This document shows positions 12,422 through 24,950 of a stretch of DNA of 64,000 nucleotides, piece by piece. Under the pieces are notes generated by a model. The model was given only the letters and a program-made list of their open reading frames with translations. It did not search any database and had not been told where the DNA came from. Positions within the stretch are counted from its first letter, which is position 1. Each line of letters starts with the position of its first letter. The position numbers were made by a program, and so were the translations under genes. This DNA comes from Eledone cirrhosa (taxonomy: Eukaryota): NCBI GenBank assembly GCA_964016885.1, contig OZ024742.1:186868001-186932000 (forward strand), written 5' to 3'.

Positions 12422-13464
12422 ATAATATAAAACGAAAAATCAGTGATGCATCTGAACTCAATTTATTGTGTGTTACAATTGTTTCGCCGGCAGACAGCTC
12501 GAGACACCATCATTGTGTGGATCTGTCTGATTCTGGATCTGCAGGTTCGTCGGACACTTCTAATAATTTCGGATCAAATTTTCTCACTGGGGTGTTAGCC
12601 TCAAAAAACATCCTCTTCGCTCGTCCTTCTATTGTCTGTTGTTTTTCTACATCATCATAACTTTTGACCAACTGGTACTGTCACACTGACCATCAGCTGC
12701 CCTTCTTCCTGCCACACTTCAATGAATCCCTGCTGTGTTTGGTAGTTCACACGTCCACGCACGCACTCTCACACACACATATATATATACACTCACACAC
12801 ACATATATATATATACATTCACACACATATATGTACACTCACACACACACGCACACAATCATATAAATAACAACATCCGCACGCATATACTCCCGCTATA
12901 CATAAGCACACAAAGAACCCATAAAACTATAGACATACACGTCTACAGACTCCTGCCTACATGCCCACGTACATCAACTCACACACACACACACTCACAC
13001 GTACACAGGCGCACACACATGCATACGCGTATATCTACTCGTATACACAAACACGTACAGACATATACATAGACACGCACACGCACATACACACACGTGT
13101 CCAAATATACAGGCACAAAAACAGACTCGCTTGCAAACACACATATATATGTATATATATATACATATATATAGACACAAACAAGCCCTTACCATACAGT
13201 AGGTGCACGTACACACACATACACACTGGCACATATACACTCTTACGAATATGCGCCTATTACCTACAGGCCCACGCACGTCTACAAAGATATATATATA
13301 TACATATATCTGTCTATACACAAATATGATATACACACAAAGTCATATAAAGCCACACAATGGGTCATACAAGGATCATACATGAAAGGATCTATCTTGT
13401 TATACACATGCACAAATATAAACAACATAACCATATACATACATCCATACACATACATACATAT

Positions 13465-13495
<31 letters not shown>

Positions 13496-13500
13496 CACAC

Positions 13501-13531
<31 letters not shown>

Positions 13532-14050
13532 TGTACATACACGCACATACATACACATATATAAAAAACCTACATATACTGTCATCAGGGTATGGTGTCT
13601 GATCCCTTGAACCTATTTTGCCTCTCTGGTCGGCGTGCGCTCTGCCGCATGGCTTTAGCCTGGGCTTTCCGGTGGATTCCATGCGGAGAGTGTGCACTTT
13701 CTCTGGTGTCTGCACGTCATGATAATTTTAGATTTCAGGTTGACCGCATGATGACGTAGAAAAACAACAGCCAATAGCAGGACGATAGAAGAGGATATTT
13801 TCTGACGCTAACATCCCAGTGAGAAAATTTGATACGAAATTATTAGAAGTGTCCGAGGAACCTGCAGATCCAGAATCAGACAGATCCACACAATGATCGT
13901 GTCTCAAGCTGTCTGCCGGCGAAACAATTGTAACACACAATAAATTGAGTTCAGGCATCACTGATTTTTCGTTTTATATTATATCACACTCTGCTCTGTA
14001 AGAACATAGAGTGCTCAACCAGCATACCGCCTATGGAAGCACCATACCTA
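12422..14050. mobile_element. Fold-back element family G (arms ~12422-12670 and ~13735-14050)
   Basis: Arms are diverged reverse complements (paired ORFs ELNLLCVTIVSPADS); each has a hammerhead-like motif gtgt-CCGA(C/G)GA...GAAA-caatt-GTA-acac (12470-12557 minus, 13849-13936 plus); related copy at 63370-63622. Confidence 0.75.
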
Positions 14051-14056
14051 CCATCA

Positions 14057-14141
<85 letters not shown>

Positions 14142-14167
14142 ACACACACAATATATATATATGGATA

Positions 14168-14481
14168 TATATTATTAGAAAGTGAGGTTTTTTTACGAAA
14201 TGAAAAAAAACGAGGTGTCTTACACGAGTGAGCGTATAAGGAAAAAAGATGAAATCGAAAATGCAACTGGAGTCTTTTTAAAAAAAATAAATATATTTAT
14301 TTGGTTCCTTTACCGGTTTCGCAGTTCTTGTGCGTTTCAAAAGTAGAATTGAGATGGAGGGTAAAACCAGAAACCCTCCATCTCAATACTACTTTTGAAA
14401 AGTACAAGAAACCGGTAAGTGAATCAAATAAATATATGTAAAAAAAAAAGACTCCAGTTGCATTTTGGATTTCATCTTTTT

Positions 14482-14484
<3 letters not shown>
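14168..14484. mobile_element. Fold-back family B pLTR fragment
   Basis: Inverted about ~14367; long end on the left, short end on the right; (TA)n flanks. Confidence 0.75.
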
Positions 14485-14555
<71 letters not shown>

Positions 14556-14596
14556 TATATATTATTATTATGTAATAAACAACATAAGGCAATTAT

Positions 14597-14654
14597 TCCA
14601 TTTACCAGTGGTTTCTTAAAAGCAAAAGGTTTTGCTTTCAATCCTCAGAACGAA
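14597..14654 (-). ncRNA. Type-I hammerhead ribozyme (family C')
   Basis: ttcgtt-CTGAGGA-ttgaaagcaaa..tttgcttttaa-GAAA-ccactg-GTA-aatgga; matching plus-strand copy at 39285-39342. Confidence 0.75.
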
Positions 14655-14914
14655 AAAATCCTGGTTTGTTTATTGGTAAATGGAATAATTGCCTTATGTT
14701 GCTTTAATACTTTACTACTATATATACGTATATGTAAGGTCCTTATGGTTTATCTAAGATTGAGTTTTACATACACACACGCATATACGTGTGTGTATGC
14801 GTATGCATGTGTGTGGGCGTGGTTGTGTATGTGTGTATATGTGTATATGCATGTATATGTATATATATATATATATAATATAAGATCAAAAGATGGTTAA
14901 AGGAGTTCCATATA

Positions 14915-14981
14915 TTTTATTATGCGCATTTCAAAAACAAACATCATCATGCAATAATATTTGTGTTTTCATCAGATAAAA
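14915..14981 (-). ncRNA. Type-I hammerhead ribozyme (family D, element ~14876-15122)
   Basis: ttttat-CTGATGA-aaacacaaatatt...gatgtttgttttt-GAAA-tgcgc-ATA-ataaaa; second copy at ~57655-57721. Confidence 0.75.
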
Positions 14982-15141
14982 CAGGAGAACATGATATGAA
15001 GGCTAAAAAACACTTGTGGATAGTGCAGTTTTAAATCAACATATCCAGTCCCACAAACTGTAGAGTGCTTCTTATCCGATATCTGCATTGCTTTATTGTA
15101 CTACAATAAAACTCACCTCCTACATATATATATATATATAT

Positions 15142-16252
15142 ATGTAGATAAATCTACCAAGAGTTTACGGTAGTGTCCAATCCGTATGAAGAACTCAATG
15201 TATTCCGGATATCATGGAAAGAAGAGATGTAATGAAAATCCACTTTCGGTGAAAGATAAACGGTATACAGAGTCAAGATAAAATATTAAACAAATAATGA
15301 ACAAACAATTCCTTATATTAAACAAAAAAAGTTCACTATTTAACGATCGTTTCTAGGGCATATATGTGTTATAATTGGTATGCATATTTAACAGATCTAT
15401 GTACAAAATTATACAAAATTATACAAATTATCAAGATTAAATATACATACCTAACTCATATATACGCCGTCTTCAGAAATAATGAAGTATATTTATTGAT
15501 AATAACAACAATTCAAAATGTCAGTTCAAAATTGACCAATGAAAACACAAAGGGTAAAAAGCAGTTTGGTGTGTGTATATACATGCAAAAACCTTACACA
15601 TATTTTACAATAATGTGTGTATAATTTGTATGTGTATACTAAAAAGATGGATGTAAACACAAAATTTCAAGGTTAATATCTCTGTAAGCTTAATGCGCTG
15701 ATAAGATACGCAAAGATACTTATGGAGTCAAGCATATAAATATATTTTTTTCATACTCACACATATCAGTATAATCACACATACATGTGCGTATATGCAT
15801 AAATATACACATAACCACGAACATACAAACACACACACTCCCCCACTCACATTTATATATGTGGATATAAAATCATAAGCAAATAGAAATTAAGTCACTC
15901 ACATAAAAACACTGGTACACACATTTCAAGATCAAGATACAGAAATTAGGTGGGAGGGGGGGGGGGAGGGGTCAGTATTAGATTGTCAGACCAGACAGCC
16001 TAAAATAAATGTATCTATAAATTAAGAAAAATAAAAAAATAAAAATAAAAACAATAAAATATAATAAATGTACATACACATACAGATATACATACACATA
16101 CATACATGTACGCGCACATAGAGATATCTACACATACATACATACACACATATCTATACTGTCATACACACACATACATTTACACGAACATACACATACA
16201 CATATAAAAAGATATAAATACACACACACTCACGCGCAACACATACACACAT

Positions 16253-16301
<49 letters not shown>

Positions 16302-16831
16302 TATACACACACACATAGACTCATATATATATATATATATACACATATACATATATATATACAAACATATATATATATCTCCCCACACTCATACCACCAT
16401 AAATATACATACAAACACCCACATGTATATATATATATATATATATATATATCCACATACACACACGTACACATATATATACATACACACACATATATAC
16501 ACATACACATATATATATACACACACATAAAAAACAGACATGCACATATATACACACACATATATATATATATTTCATTACTCTTATATATACACATAGT
16601 ATATATACATACACAACCTCACTTATACACATATACACATAAGTTATATTACAATAATAATAAAGAATAATATATATATATATATATACATATATACACA
16701 TATATACATATATACATATACATATATATATACACACACATACATACACATACATACATACACCTAAACATATACATACATAAATACACACATACGAATA
16801 AAGACATATATTCACACATAGATACCCATAT

Positions 16832-16869
<38 letters not shown>

Positions 16870-19800
16870 ATATATATACACAAACATACATACATATATA
16901 TACACACATATATACACATACACACACACACACACACACAGACACACATACACACTCACATACACATATATATATATATATGTGTATGTGAGTGTGCGCA
17001 AATACATATATATATACACACACACATACAAACACACACAAACACATACATATGCATATATGCACACACACACACATATATCACATAGATATGAAGATAA
17101 ACATATAAATAGAGAGACATACGAATATATACAGAACCCATATACACATACATACAACCACGCATATACATATATATACATATATACACATATATATATT
17201 CCTATATACAAGCATACACATACACACACATATATACATATACATACACATATACATACCACACATTCACATACACATACATATATAATACATATATATA
17301 CATATATATACATACATATGTATGTACAATCATATATACACACTCAATCTTACATTCATATTTACATGCTCATATATGTATTTTTATATTTAGAAATAAA
17401 TACCAAAACCTATATAGAACACCCACCTACACATATATTCATACATATACTCTTACAAAAACAGATGATAATAGTATGGGGGAAAGGGGGGGTTTGGAGA
17501 AGGGGATCAAAGTAAATATATGTTTCAAGAAACATATAATATTTTCCGTATCTTAATTCAATGTATGTTCTTACATATTTTCAGTGCTAGGAAATACGAA
17601 ATCTATGTATCCCAAAACAAAAAAGTATACCATTAATCATATGTTAACTAAACCAAAGATAGTCAACATATTGATTTCCAAGGTGTAAATTAGTTAGGTT
17701 TATAATATTTGAAGCAAAATTATGAAGTCAAACAGTAGTAGATTATTAATTACATTATAACTAAATTAAAGTTAATAACGTTATGGTATCAATATTAGGA
17801 GATGAATTTAGTAATAGGGAAAAGAAACCCAAATAAAAATAAAATAAAGTATTACATCGGTAGTAGCATATAAATTATATGTTAACTAAATTAAAAATTA
17901 TATATTTATTTCAATAGTATACGTTAATTAGTATATGTTAATTAGGTATACAATACATAAAGCAGATATTGTATTTCATCAATAGCATAATATAATTATA
18001 TGCAAATAAAAATCAAAATTAATACGCATACATATACATATACATACACATATACATACATATACATATACACACATATATATATATATATATACATATA
18101 TATACACATACATACATATATAGTCACATAAATATACATATAGATACACATACAATACACACATATACATATACATATAGATATACATATCTTTTTCAAA
18201 AAATTGCACAGAATATATTAACTAGGTATATATCCAAAACACATCCCATTCTATGATTACATGACATTCTGCAATTCGTCTGTACAAGGATACTAATTTT
18301 AAGCAAATTAAAATTAAAGATTTAGGTTGATTAAAACTAAAACCAAATAATAAATATATTTCCAAAATGTATATTAATTAGGTCTATAATACTAAAAATT
18401 CTTTCTCCGTCATAGGATACATGATATTATTTTGTTATATTTTATCTGTAAAAGAATTATAATAAAAAAAATTATAGTAAAAGGTTAAAATAAATTAAAA
18501 TTAATCTATAAATTAAATTACTGAGTATATATTAGTAATATTTAAAGGTTTTTCAAAATTTATGATTACATAATATTTTCTCATCTGTAATAAAATATTA
18601 ATTAAATTAAATTTATAGGTTAACTAACATTTAAATTAAATTAAATTCTAGAATAATGTTATTAATTAGGTTTATAATATTTAAATGTTTTTTTTAGTTT
18701 ATGATTACACGATATAATTAATTCCTGTCTTTTATTTAATAAGATATCCCTAGACTTCATTATTTCAAATAGTTCCTGGGAACATAATCTACATTCCTTT
18801 CTATTATTTTGATAAGGGGTGGCTCTTTTGAGCACACTCCAGGTCAAATCATATTTTATATTTTTATTTTTATAACTATTGATTTTTTCTGCTAGAGATG
18901 TTGTATTAGCCAGTGCGGCATTTTTAAAGCTATGTTTGTGGGTATTATACCTTGTCTTAAAATTGTTAGAGGTAGCTCCTATATATGAGCAAATAGAATC
19001 TTTAGTTTTAACATTACATTTATAGACTATGTTGTTAACAAGACAATTCCCTTTTAATGGGCAGTTTGTTTTGTTTCTACAGTTACATCCTTTCGTTAAT
19101 TCTGTATTTGAGGAGATATTATTGTTAATTTGATGTACTGGTGGTATACTTATGGTTTTCTTACATTTATATGCATTATATGCACTTATATTTTGTTTTA
19201 TGTTATTTGTTGTAGAGTATGAGAATTTAACTGTAGACCTATTTAAGATTTGATGGTATTTGTGGTTTGGCGGGAAGTTTTTCTCAAGGATATAAAAAAA
19301 TTTTTTAGCAATATTATCCTTAACTTGTAAATTAAAAGGAGCATTATACCAAGTAACTCGTCTATTACGGTTTCTATGTTGTTTATTATTTTTATTATTT
19401 TTATATGTTGTATCATGATTTTTACTAGGAGGATTAATGTTAATGATCATACCACAACTATTTTTAGTTATATTTGTAGATTTAGGTGTTTTATCTTTTT
19501 TATTAGGAGTTTTATTATTAATATTTATTATAGTCGTATGATGAGTAGTTTTTTGAGGGTTACTATACTTTATATTAGAAGATTTAGTATTTTGGGGTAT
19601 ACTGTGGGTGGCATTTAGGTGTGTACTTTTCATTTGGTGTTTGTTGGTAATATTATGCTGTATGCTTTCAGTATTTTTAGTAGAAGGTATATACTCTAAT
19701 CTATTTTTGTGGCCACTTCTATCTAGAGCTTCATTATAAAAGGTCGCATTTTTATCAAATACATCTTGGTTAGAAGAAAGGTTAGAAATTCTAAGTGATA

Positions 19801-20737
19801 TATTATATGCAAGGTTTTTAAGGATAGATTTAGGGTGATTAGATTGTGAGTGTATGTAATGTAAGTTTTGGTTAGGTTTATGGTAAGGTTGGTATATACC
19901 CGTAGCTAAATCTAAAGTTATATCTAGGAAATTTACTACTTTACTTGTTTTTTCAAAAGTAATATTAAGATTATAATAGTCTTTAAGGAAAGTTCTAATA
20001 TGCTTTTTTGTTTTTTTCGATTTCTGAAAGGCTAAGGTTGTTAGAAAGAAGAAGACAGTCATCACGATATAAACCACCTTTGAGGTGGGGAAAAGAGGCA
20101 TTTATGTTGAAAAGGAGAAAGAGGCCCACAAGATCAGTAATTTGGGCGGAATCGCTTGAACCCATAGTAATATCAAAAAGATTACTGTAAGTGTTTCTGG
20201 TCCAGTATTCATTCTGAAATTCAATAAGTGTTTGTCTAGCATGTGTAATAATGTTAATGTCATCCGAAGTTAAATTAGATCTATTTTTAGCAAATATTAA
20301 TGCTTTGTTCAGGAGTATGGGTGATATAGAAGAATAGTAATTATCTATATCAAATTGTAGGAAAGAAGCAGAAGATTTACACCTAATATTTTTAAACCAA
20401 TTAATTACCTGGGAGGTGTTTTCCCAGAGTGGTAAAATAACGTATTTTCTTATTTGTGGGATGACTCTATCTAAAATTTTTTTGCTAATTATTCCAATAT
20501 CTGATTTGGAGGGACATATAAGTCTAATAGAAGGATTAGAGTTAAAGTTAGATTTGTGATCTTTCAGGTTGAAGTGTGGACATTTCAATGCCAAAGGTTC
20601 AGTTCTATCTTCAATATTTAGTTTTTTTACTATGTTGTGTGTTTTGTTGTTGATGTTGGTGAGTGACACATTATTAGATTTTTTATAATTTTTTCTGAGT
20701 TCTTTATATATGAACTCATTATAATGTTCAATATCCA
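15142..20737 (-). mobile_element. 5'-truncated inverted copy of Naiad-type Penelope-like element (family A)
   Basis: Near-identical reverse complement of the plus copy from MDIEHY onward, including the 3' UTR, hammerhead (15332-15486) and a ~140-nt tail. Confidence 0.92.
18662..20737 (-). pseudogene. Truncated PLE RT + GIY-YIG ORF (same +1 frameshift)
   Basis: Translations identical to 22874-24950. Confidence 0.9.
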
Positions 20738-21200
20738 ATAATGTATGTATGTGTATGTATGTGTGTGTGTATATATATATGTATATGTATATATGTATAT
20801 GTGTGTATATATGTATATATATATATATATATTATTCTTTATTATTATTGTAATATAACTTATGTGTATATGTGTATAAGTGAGGTTGTGTATGTATATA
20901 TACTATGTGTATATATAAGAGTAATGAAATATATATATATATGTGTGTGTATATATGTGCATGTCTGTTTTTTATGTGTGTGTATATATATATGTGTATG
21001 TGTATATATGTGTGTGTATGTATATATATGTGTACGTGTGTGTATGTGGATATATATATATATATATATATATATACATGTGGGTGTTTGTATGTATATT
21101 TATGGTGGTATGAGTGTGGGGAGATATATATATATGTTTGTATATATATATGTATATGTGTATATATATATATATATATGAGTCTATGTGTGTGTGTATA

Positions 21201-21243
<43 letters not shown>

Positions 21244-22007
21244 ATGTGTGTATGTGTTGCGCGTGAGTGTGTGTGTATTTATATCTTTTTATATGTGTAT
21301 GTGTATGTTCGTGTAAATGTATGTGTGTGTATGACAGTATAGATATGTGTGTATGTATGTATGTGTAGATATCTCTATGTGCGCGTACATGTATGTATGT
21401 GTATGTATATCTGTATGTGTATGTACATTTATTATATTTTATTGTTTTTATTTTTATTTTTTTATTTTTCTTAATTTATAGATACATTTATTTTAGGCTG
21501 TCTGGTCTGACAATCTAATACTGACCCCTCCCCCCCCCTCCCACCTAATTTCTGTATCTTGATCTTGAAATGTGTGTACCAGTGTTTTTATGTGAGTGAC
21601 TTAATTTCTATTTGCTTATGATTTTATATCCACATATATAAATGTGAGTGGGGGAGTGTGTGTGTTTGTATGTTCGTGGTTATGTGTATATTTATGCATA
21701 TACGCACATGTATGTGTGATTATACTGATATGTGTGAGTATGAAAAAAATATATTTATATGCTTGACTCCATAAGTATCTTTGCGTATCTTATCAGCGCA
21801 TTAAGCTTACAGAGATATTAACCTTGAAATTTTGTGTTTACATCCATCTTTTTAGTATACACATACAAATTATACACACATTATTGTAAAATATGTGTAA
21901 GGTTTTTGCATGTATATACACACACCAAACTGCTTTTTACCCTTTGTGTTTTCATTGGTCAATTTTGAACTGACATTTTGAATTGTTGTTATTATCAATA
22001 AATATAC

Positions 22008-22162
22008 TTCATTATTTCTGAAGACGGCGTATATATGAGTTAGGTATGTATATTTAATCTTGATAATTTGTATAATTTTGTATAATTTTGTACATAGATC
22101 TGTTAAATATGCATACCAATTATAACACATATATGCCCTAGAAACGATCGTTAAATAGTGAA
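22008..22162 (+). ncRNA. Type-I hammerhead ribozyme with very long stem II (family A pLTR)
   Basis: ttcattattt-CTGAAGA-[116 nt]-GAAA-cgatc-GTT-aaatagtgaa; 10-bp stem I, palindromic AACGATCGTT stem III. Copies at 31786-31940, 37904-38058, 15332-15486(-), 41204-41355(-) and 41362-41513. Confidence 0.75.
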
Positions 22163-22507
22163 CTTTTTTTGTTTAATATAAGGAATTGTTTGTTCATTAT
22201 TTGTTTAATATTTTATCTTGACTCTGTATACCGTTTATCTTTCACCGAAAGTGGATTTTCATTACATCTCTTCTTTCCATGATATCCGGAATACATTGAG
22301 TTCTTCATACGGATTGGACACTACCGTAAACTCTTGGTAGATTTATCTACATAATTTTGCTCCTATTTTCACGGAAATATTCGTATTTTTGTACTGTATG
22401 TGTGTATTAATTTTATATTTATGTATAAACATATATATATATGTATGATTTTGTAAACCCATATACATTTAGTTGAGCTCTTTCAATTGTCCATCATCCA
22501 TATCACA

Positions 22508-23617
22508 ATGGAAAAACAGTATTTAGGAACCTCCTTAAAAAACATACCAATACCTTCTAAGGACGACTTCTTACTCCTTATGATTCAGAAAACTAATAAT
22601 TTTATCAGAAGGGTTAGATGGAGAGCCTACCACTTCGATAGAAAATCTAAACAAGCAGATCGGAAATATATGTATGATTTCAACACTTACAAGAATCCAC
22701 CACACAACTTTTTACTTGAAGACTTCGAGAAAGACCTTTTTAATTTAATTAAACACCTCAAATTTAAAAAGTATAAATCCGTCTTTCAAAAGGACCTTGA
22801 TTCTACCCTATTGGACCTAAAAAAGTCTAAAAAAATCCATGTCCACTCGGACAAAACTGGTAACTTGTATCATATGGATATTGAACATTATAATGAGTTC
22901 ATATATAAAGAACTCAGAAAAAATTATAAAAAATCTAATAATGTGTCACTCACCAACATCAACAACAAAACACACAACATAGTAAAAAAACTAAATATTG
23001 AAGATAGAACTGAACCTTTGGCATTGAAATGTCCACACTTCAACCTGAAAGATCACAAATCTAACTTTAACTCTAATCCTTCTATTAGACTTATATGTCC
23101 CTCCAAATCAGATATTGGAATAATTAGCAAAAAAATTTTAGATAGAGTCATCCCACAAATAAGAAAATACGTTATTTTACCACTCTGGGAAAACACCTCC
23201 CAGGTAATTAATTGGTTTAAAAATATTAGGTGTAAATCTTCTGCTTCTTTCCTACAATTTGATATAGATAATTACTATTCTTCTATATCACCCATACTCC
23301 TGAACAAAGCATTAATATTTGCTAAAAATAGATCTAATTTAACTTCGGATGACATTAACATTATTACACATGCTAGACAAACACTTATTGAATTTCAGAA
23401 TGAATACTGGACCAGAAACACTTACAGTAATCTTTTTGATATTACTATGGGTTCAAGCGATTCCGCCCAAATTACTGATCTTGTGGGCCTCTTTCTCCTT
23501 TTCAACATAAATGCCTCTTTTCCCCACCTCAAAGGTGGTTTATATCGTGATGACTGTCTTCTTCTTTCTAACAACCTTAGCCTTTCAGAAATCGAAAAAA
23601 ACAAAAAAGCATATTAG
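22508..23617 (+). CDS. Penelope-like (Naiad-type) reverse transcriptase, N-terminal part
   Basis: SLKNIP, DKTGN, RLICPSKSDIG, FDIDNYY, TMGS..SAQITDLVG and catalytic YRDD; first ATG at 22508. Confidence 0.88.
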   Translation: MEKQYLGTSLKNIPIPSKDDFLLLMIQKTNNFIRRVRWRAYHFDRKSKQADRKYMYDFNTYKNPPHNFLLEDFEKDLFNLIKHLKFKKYKSVFQKDLDSTLLDLKKSKKIHVHSDKTGNLYHMDIEHYNEFIYKELRKNYKKSNNVSLTNINNKTHNIVKKLNIEDRTEPLALKCPHFNLKDHKSNFNSNPSIRLICPSKSDIGIISKKILDRVIPQIRKYVILPLWENTSQVINWFKNIRCKSSASFLQFDIDNYYSSISPILLNKALIFAKNRSNLTSDDINIITHARQTLIEFQNEYWTRNTYSNLFDITMGSSDSAQITDLVGLFLLFNINASFPHLKGGLYRDDCLLLSNNLSLSEIEKNKKAY

Positions 23618-24950
23618 AACTTTCCTTAAAGACTATTATAATCTTAATATTACTTTTGAAAAAACAAGTAAAGTAGTAAATTTCCTAGATATAACTTTAG
23701 ATTTAGCTACGGGTATATACCAACCTTACCATAAACCTAACCAAAACTTACATTACATACACTCACAATCTAATCACCCTAAATCTATCCTTAAAAACCT
23801 TGCATATAATATATCACTTAGAATTTCTAACCTTTCTTCTAACCAAGATGTATTTGATAAAAATGCGACCTTTTATAATGAAGCTCTAGATAGAAGTGGC
23901 CACAAAAATAGATTAGAGTATATACCTTCTACTAAAAATACTGAAAGCATACAGCATAATATTACCAACAAACACCAAATGAAAAGTACACACCTAAATG
24001 CCACCCACAGTATACCCCAAAATACTAAATCTTCTAATATAAAGTATAGTAACCCTCAAAAAACTACTCATCATACGACTATAATAAATATTAATAATAA
24101 AACTCCTAATAAAAAAGATAAAACACCTAAATCTACAAATATAACTAAAAATAGTTGTGGTATGATCATTAACATTAATCCTCCTAGTAAAAATCATGAT
24201 ACAACATATAAAAATAATAAAAATAATAAACAACATAGAAACCGTAATAGACGAGTTACTTGGTATAATGCTCCTTTTAATTTACAAGTTAAGGATAATA
24301 TTGCTAAAAAATTTTTTTATATCCTTGAGAAAAACTTCCCGCCAAACCACAAATACCATCAAATCTTAAATAGGTCTACAGTTAAATTCTCATACTCTAC
24401 AACAAATAACATAAAACAAAATATAAGTGCATATAATGCATATAAATGTAAGAAAACCATAAGTATACCACCAGTACATCAAATTAACAATAATATCTCC
24501 TCAAATACAGAATTAACGAAAGGATGTAACTGTAGAAACAAAACAAACTGCCCATTAAAAGGGAATTGTCTTGTTAACAACATAGTCTATAAATGTAATG
24601 TTAAAACTAAAGATTCTATTTGCTCATATATAGGAGCTACCTCTAACAATTTTAAGACAAGGTATAATACCCACAAACATAGCTTTAAAAATGCCGCACT
24701 GGCTAATACAACATCTCTAGCAGAAAAAATCAATAGTTATAAAAATAAAAATATAAAATATGATTTGACCTGGAGTGTGCTCAAAAGAGCCACCCCTTAT
24801 CAAAATAATAGAAAGGAATGTAGATTATGTTCCCAGGAACTATTTGAAATAATGAAGTCTAGGGATATCTTATTAAATAAAAGACAGGAATTAATTATAT
24901 CGTGTAATCATAAACTAAAAAAAACATTTAAATATTATAAACCTAATTAA
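23592..24950 (+). CDS. PLE RT thumb + N/K/T-rich linker + CxC-type Cys motif + GIY-YIG endonuclease (+1 frame relative to RT)
   Basis: VNFLDITLDL, YIHSQSNHP, WYNAPF, GCNCRNKTNCPLKGNCL, IVYKC..YIG.T...FKTRY..H, CRLC..E, SCNH. Confidence 0.88.
   Translation, partial: SKKTKKHIRTFLKDYYNLNITFEKTSKVVNFLDITLDLATGIYQPYHKPNQNLHYIHSQSNHPKSILKNLAYNISLRISNLSSNQDVFDKNATFYNEALDRSGHKNRLEYIPSTKNTESIQHNITNKHQMKSTHLNATHSIPQNTKSSNIKYSNPQKTTHHTTIININNKTPNKKDKTPKSTNITKNSCGMIININPPSKNHDTTYKNNKNNKQHRNRNRRVTWYNAPFNLQVKDNIAKKFFYILEKNFPPNHKYHQILNRSTVKFSYSTTNNIKQNISAYNAYKCKKTISIPPVHQINNNISSNTELTKGCNCRNKTNCPLKGNCLVNNIVYKCNVKTKDSICSYIGATSNNFKTRYNTHKHSFKNAALANTTSLAEKINSYKNKNIKYDLTWSVLKRATPYQNNRKECRLCSQELFEIMKSRDILLNKRQELIISCNHKLKKTFKYYKPN

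Noticed and set aside
23594-23602. Canonical -1 programmed frameshift at A_AAA_AAC
   Set aside because: The downstream ORF is in the +1 frame; a -1 shift terminates shortly after.
22508-24950. Selenoprotein-type Naiad (UGA recoding)
   Set aside because: No in-frame TGA in either ORF part; Cys motifs use normal codons.
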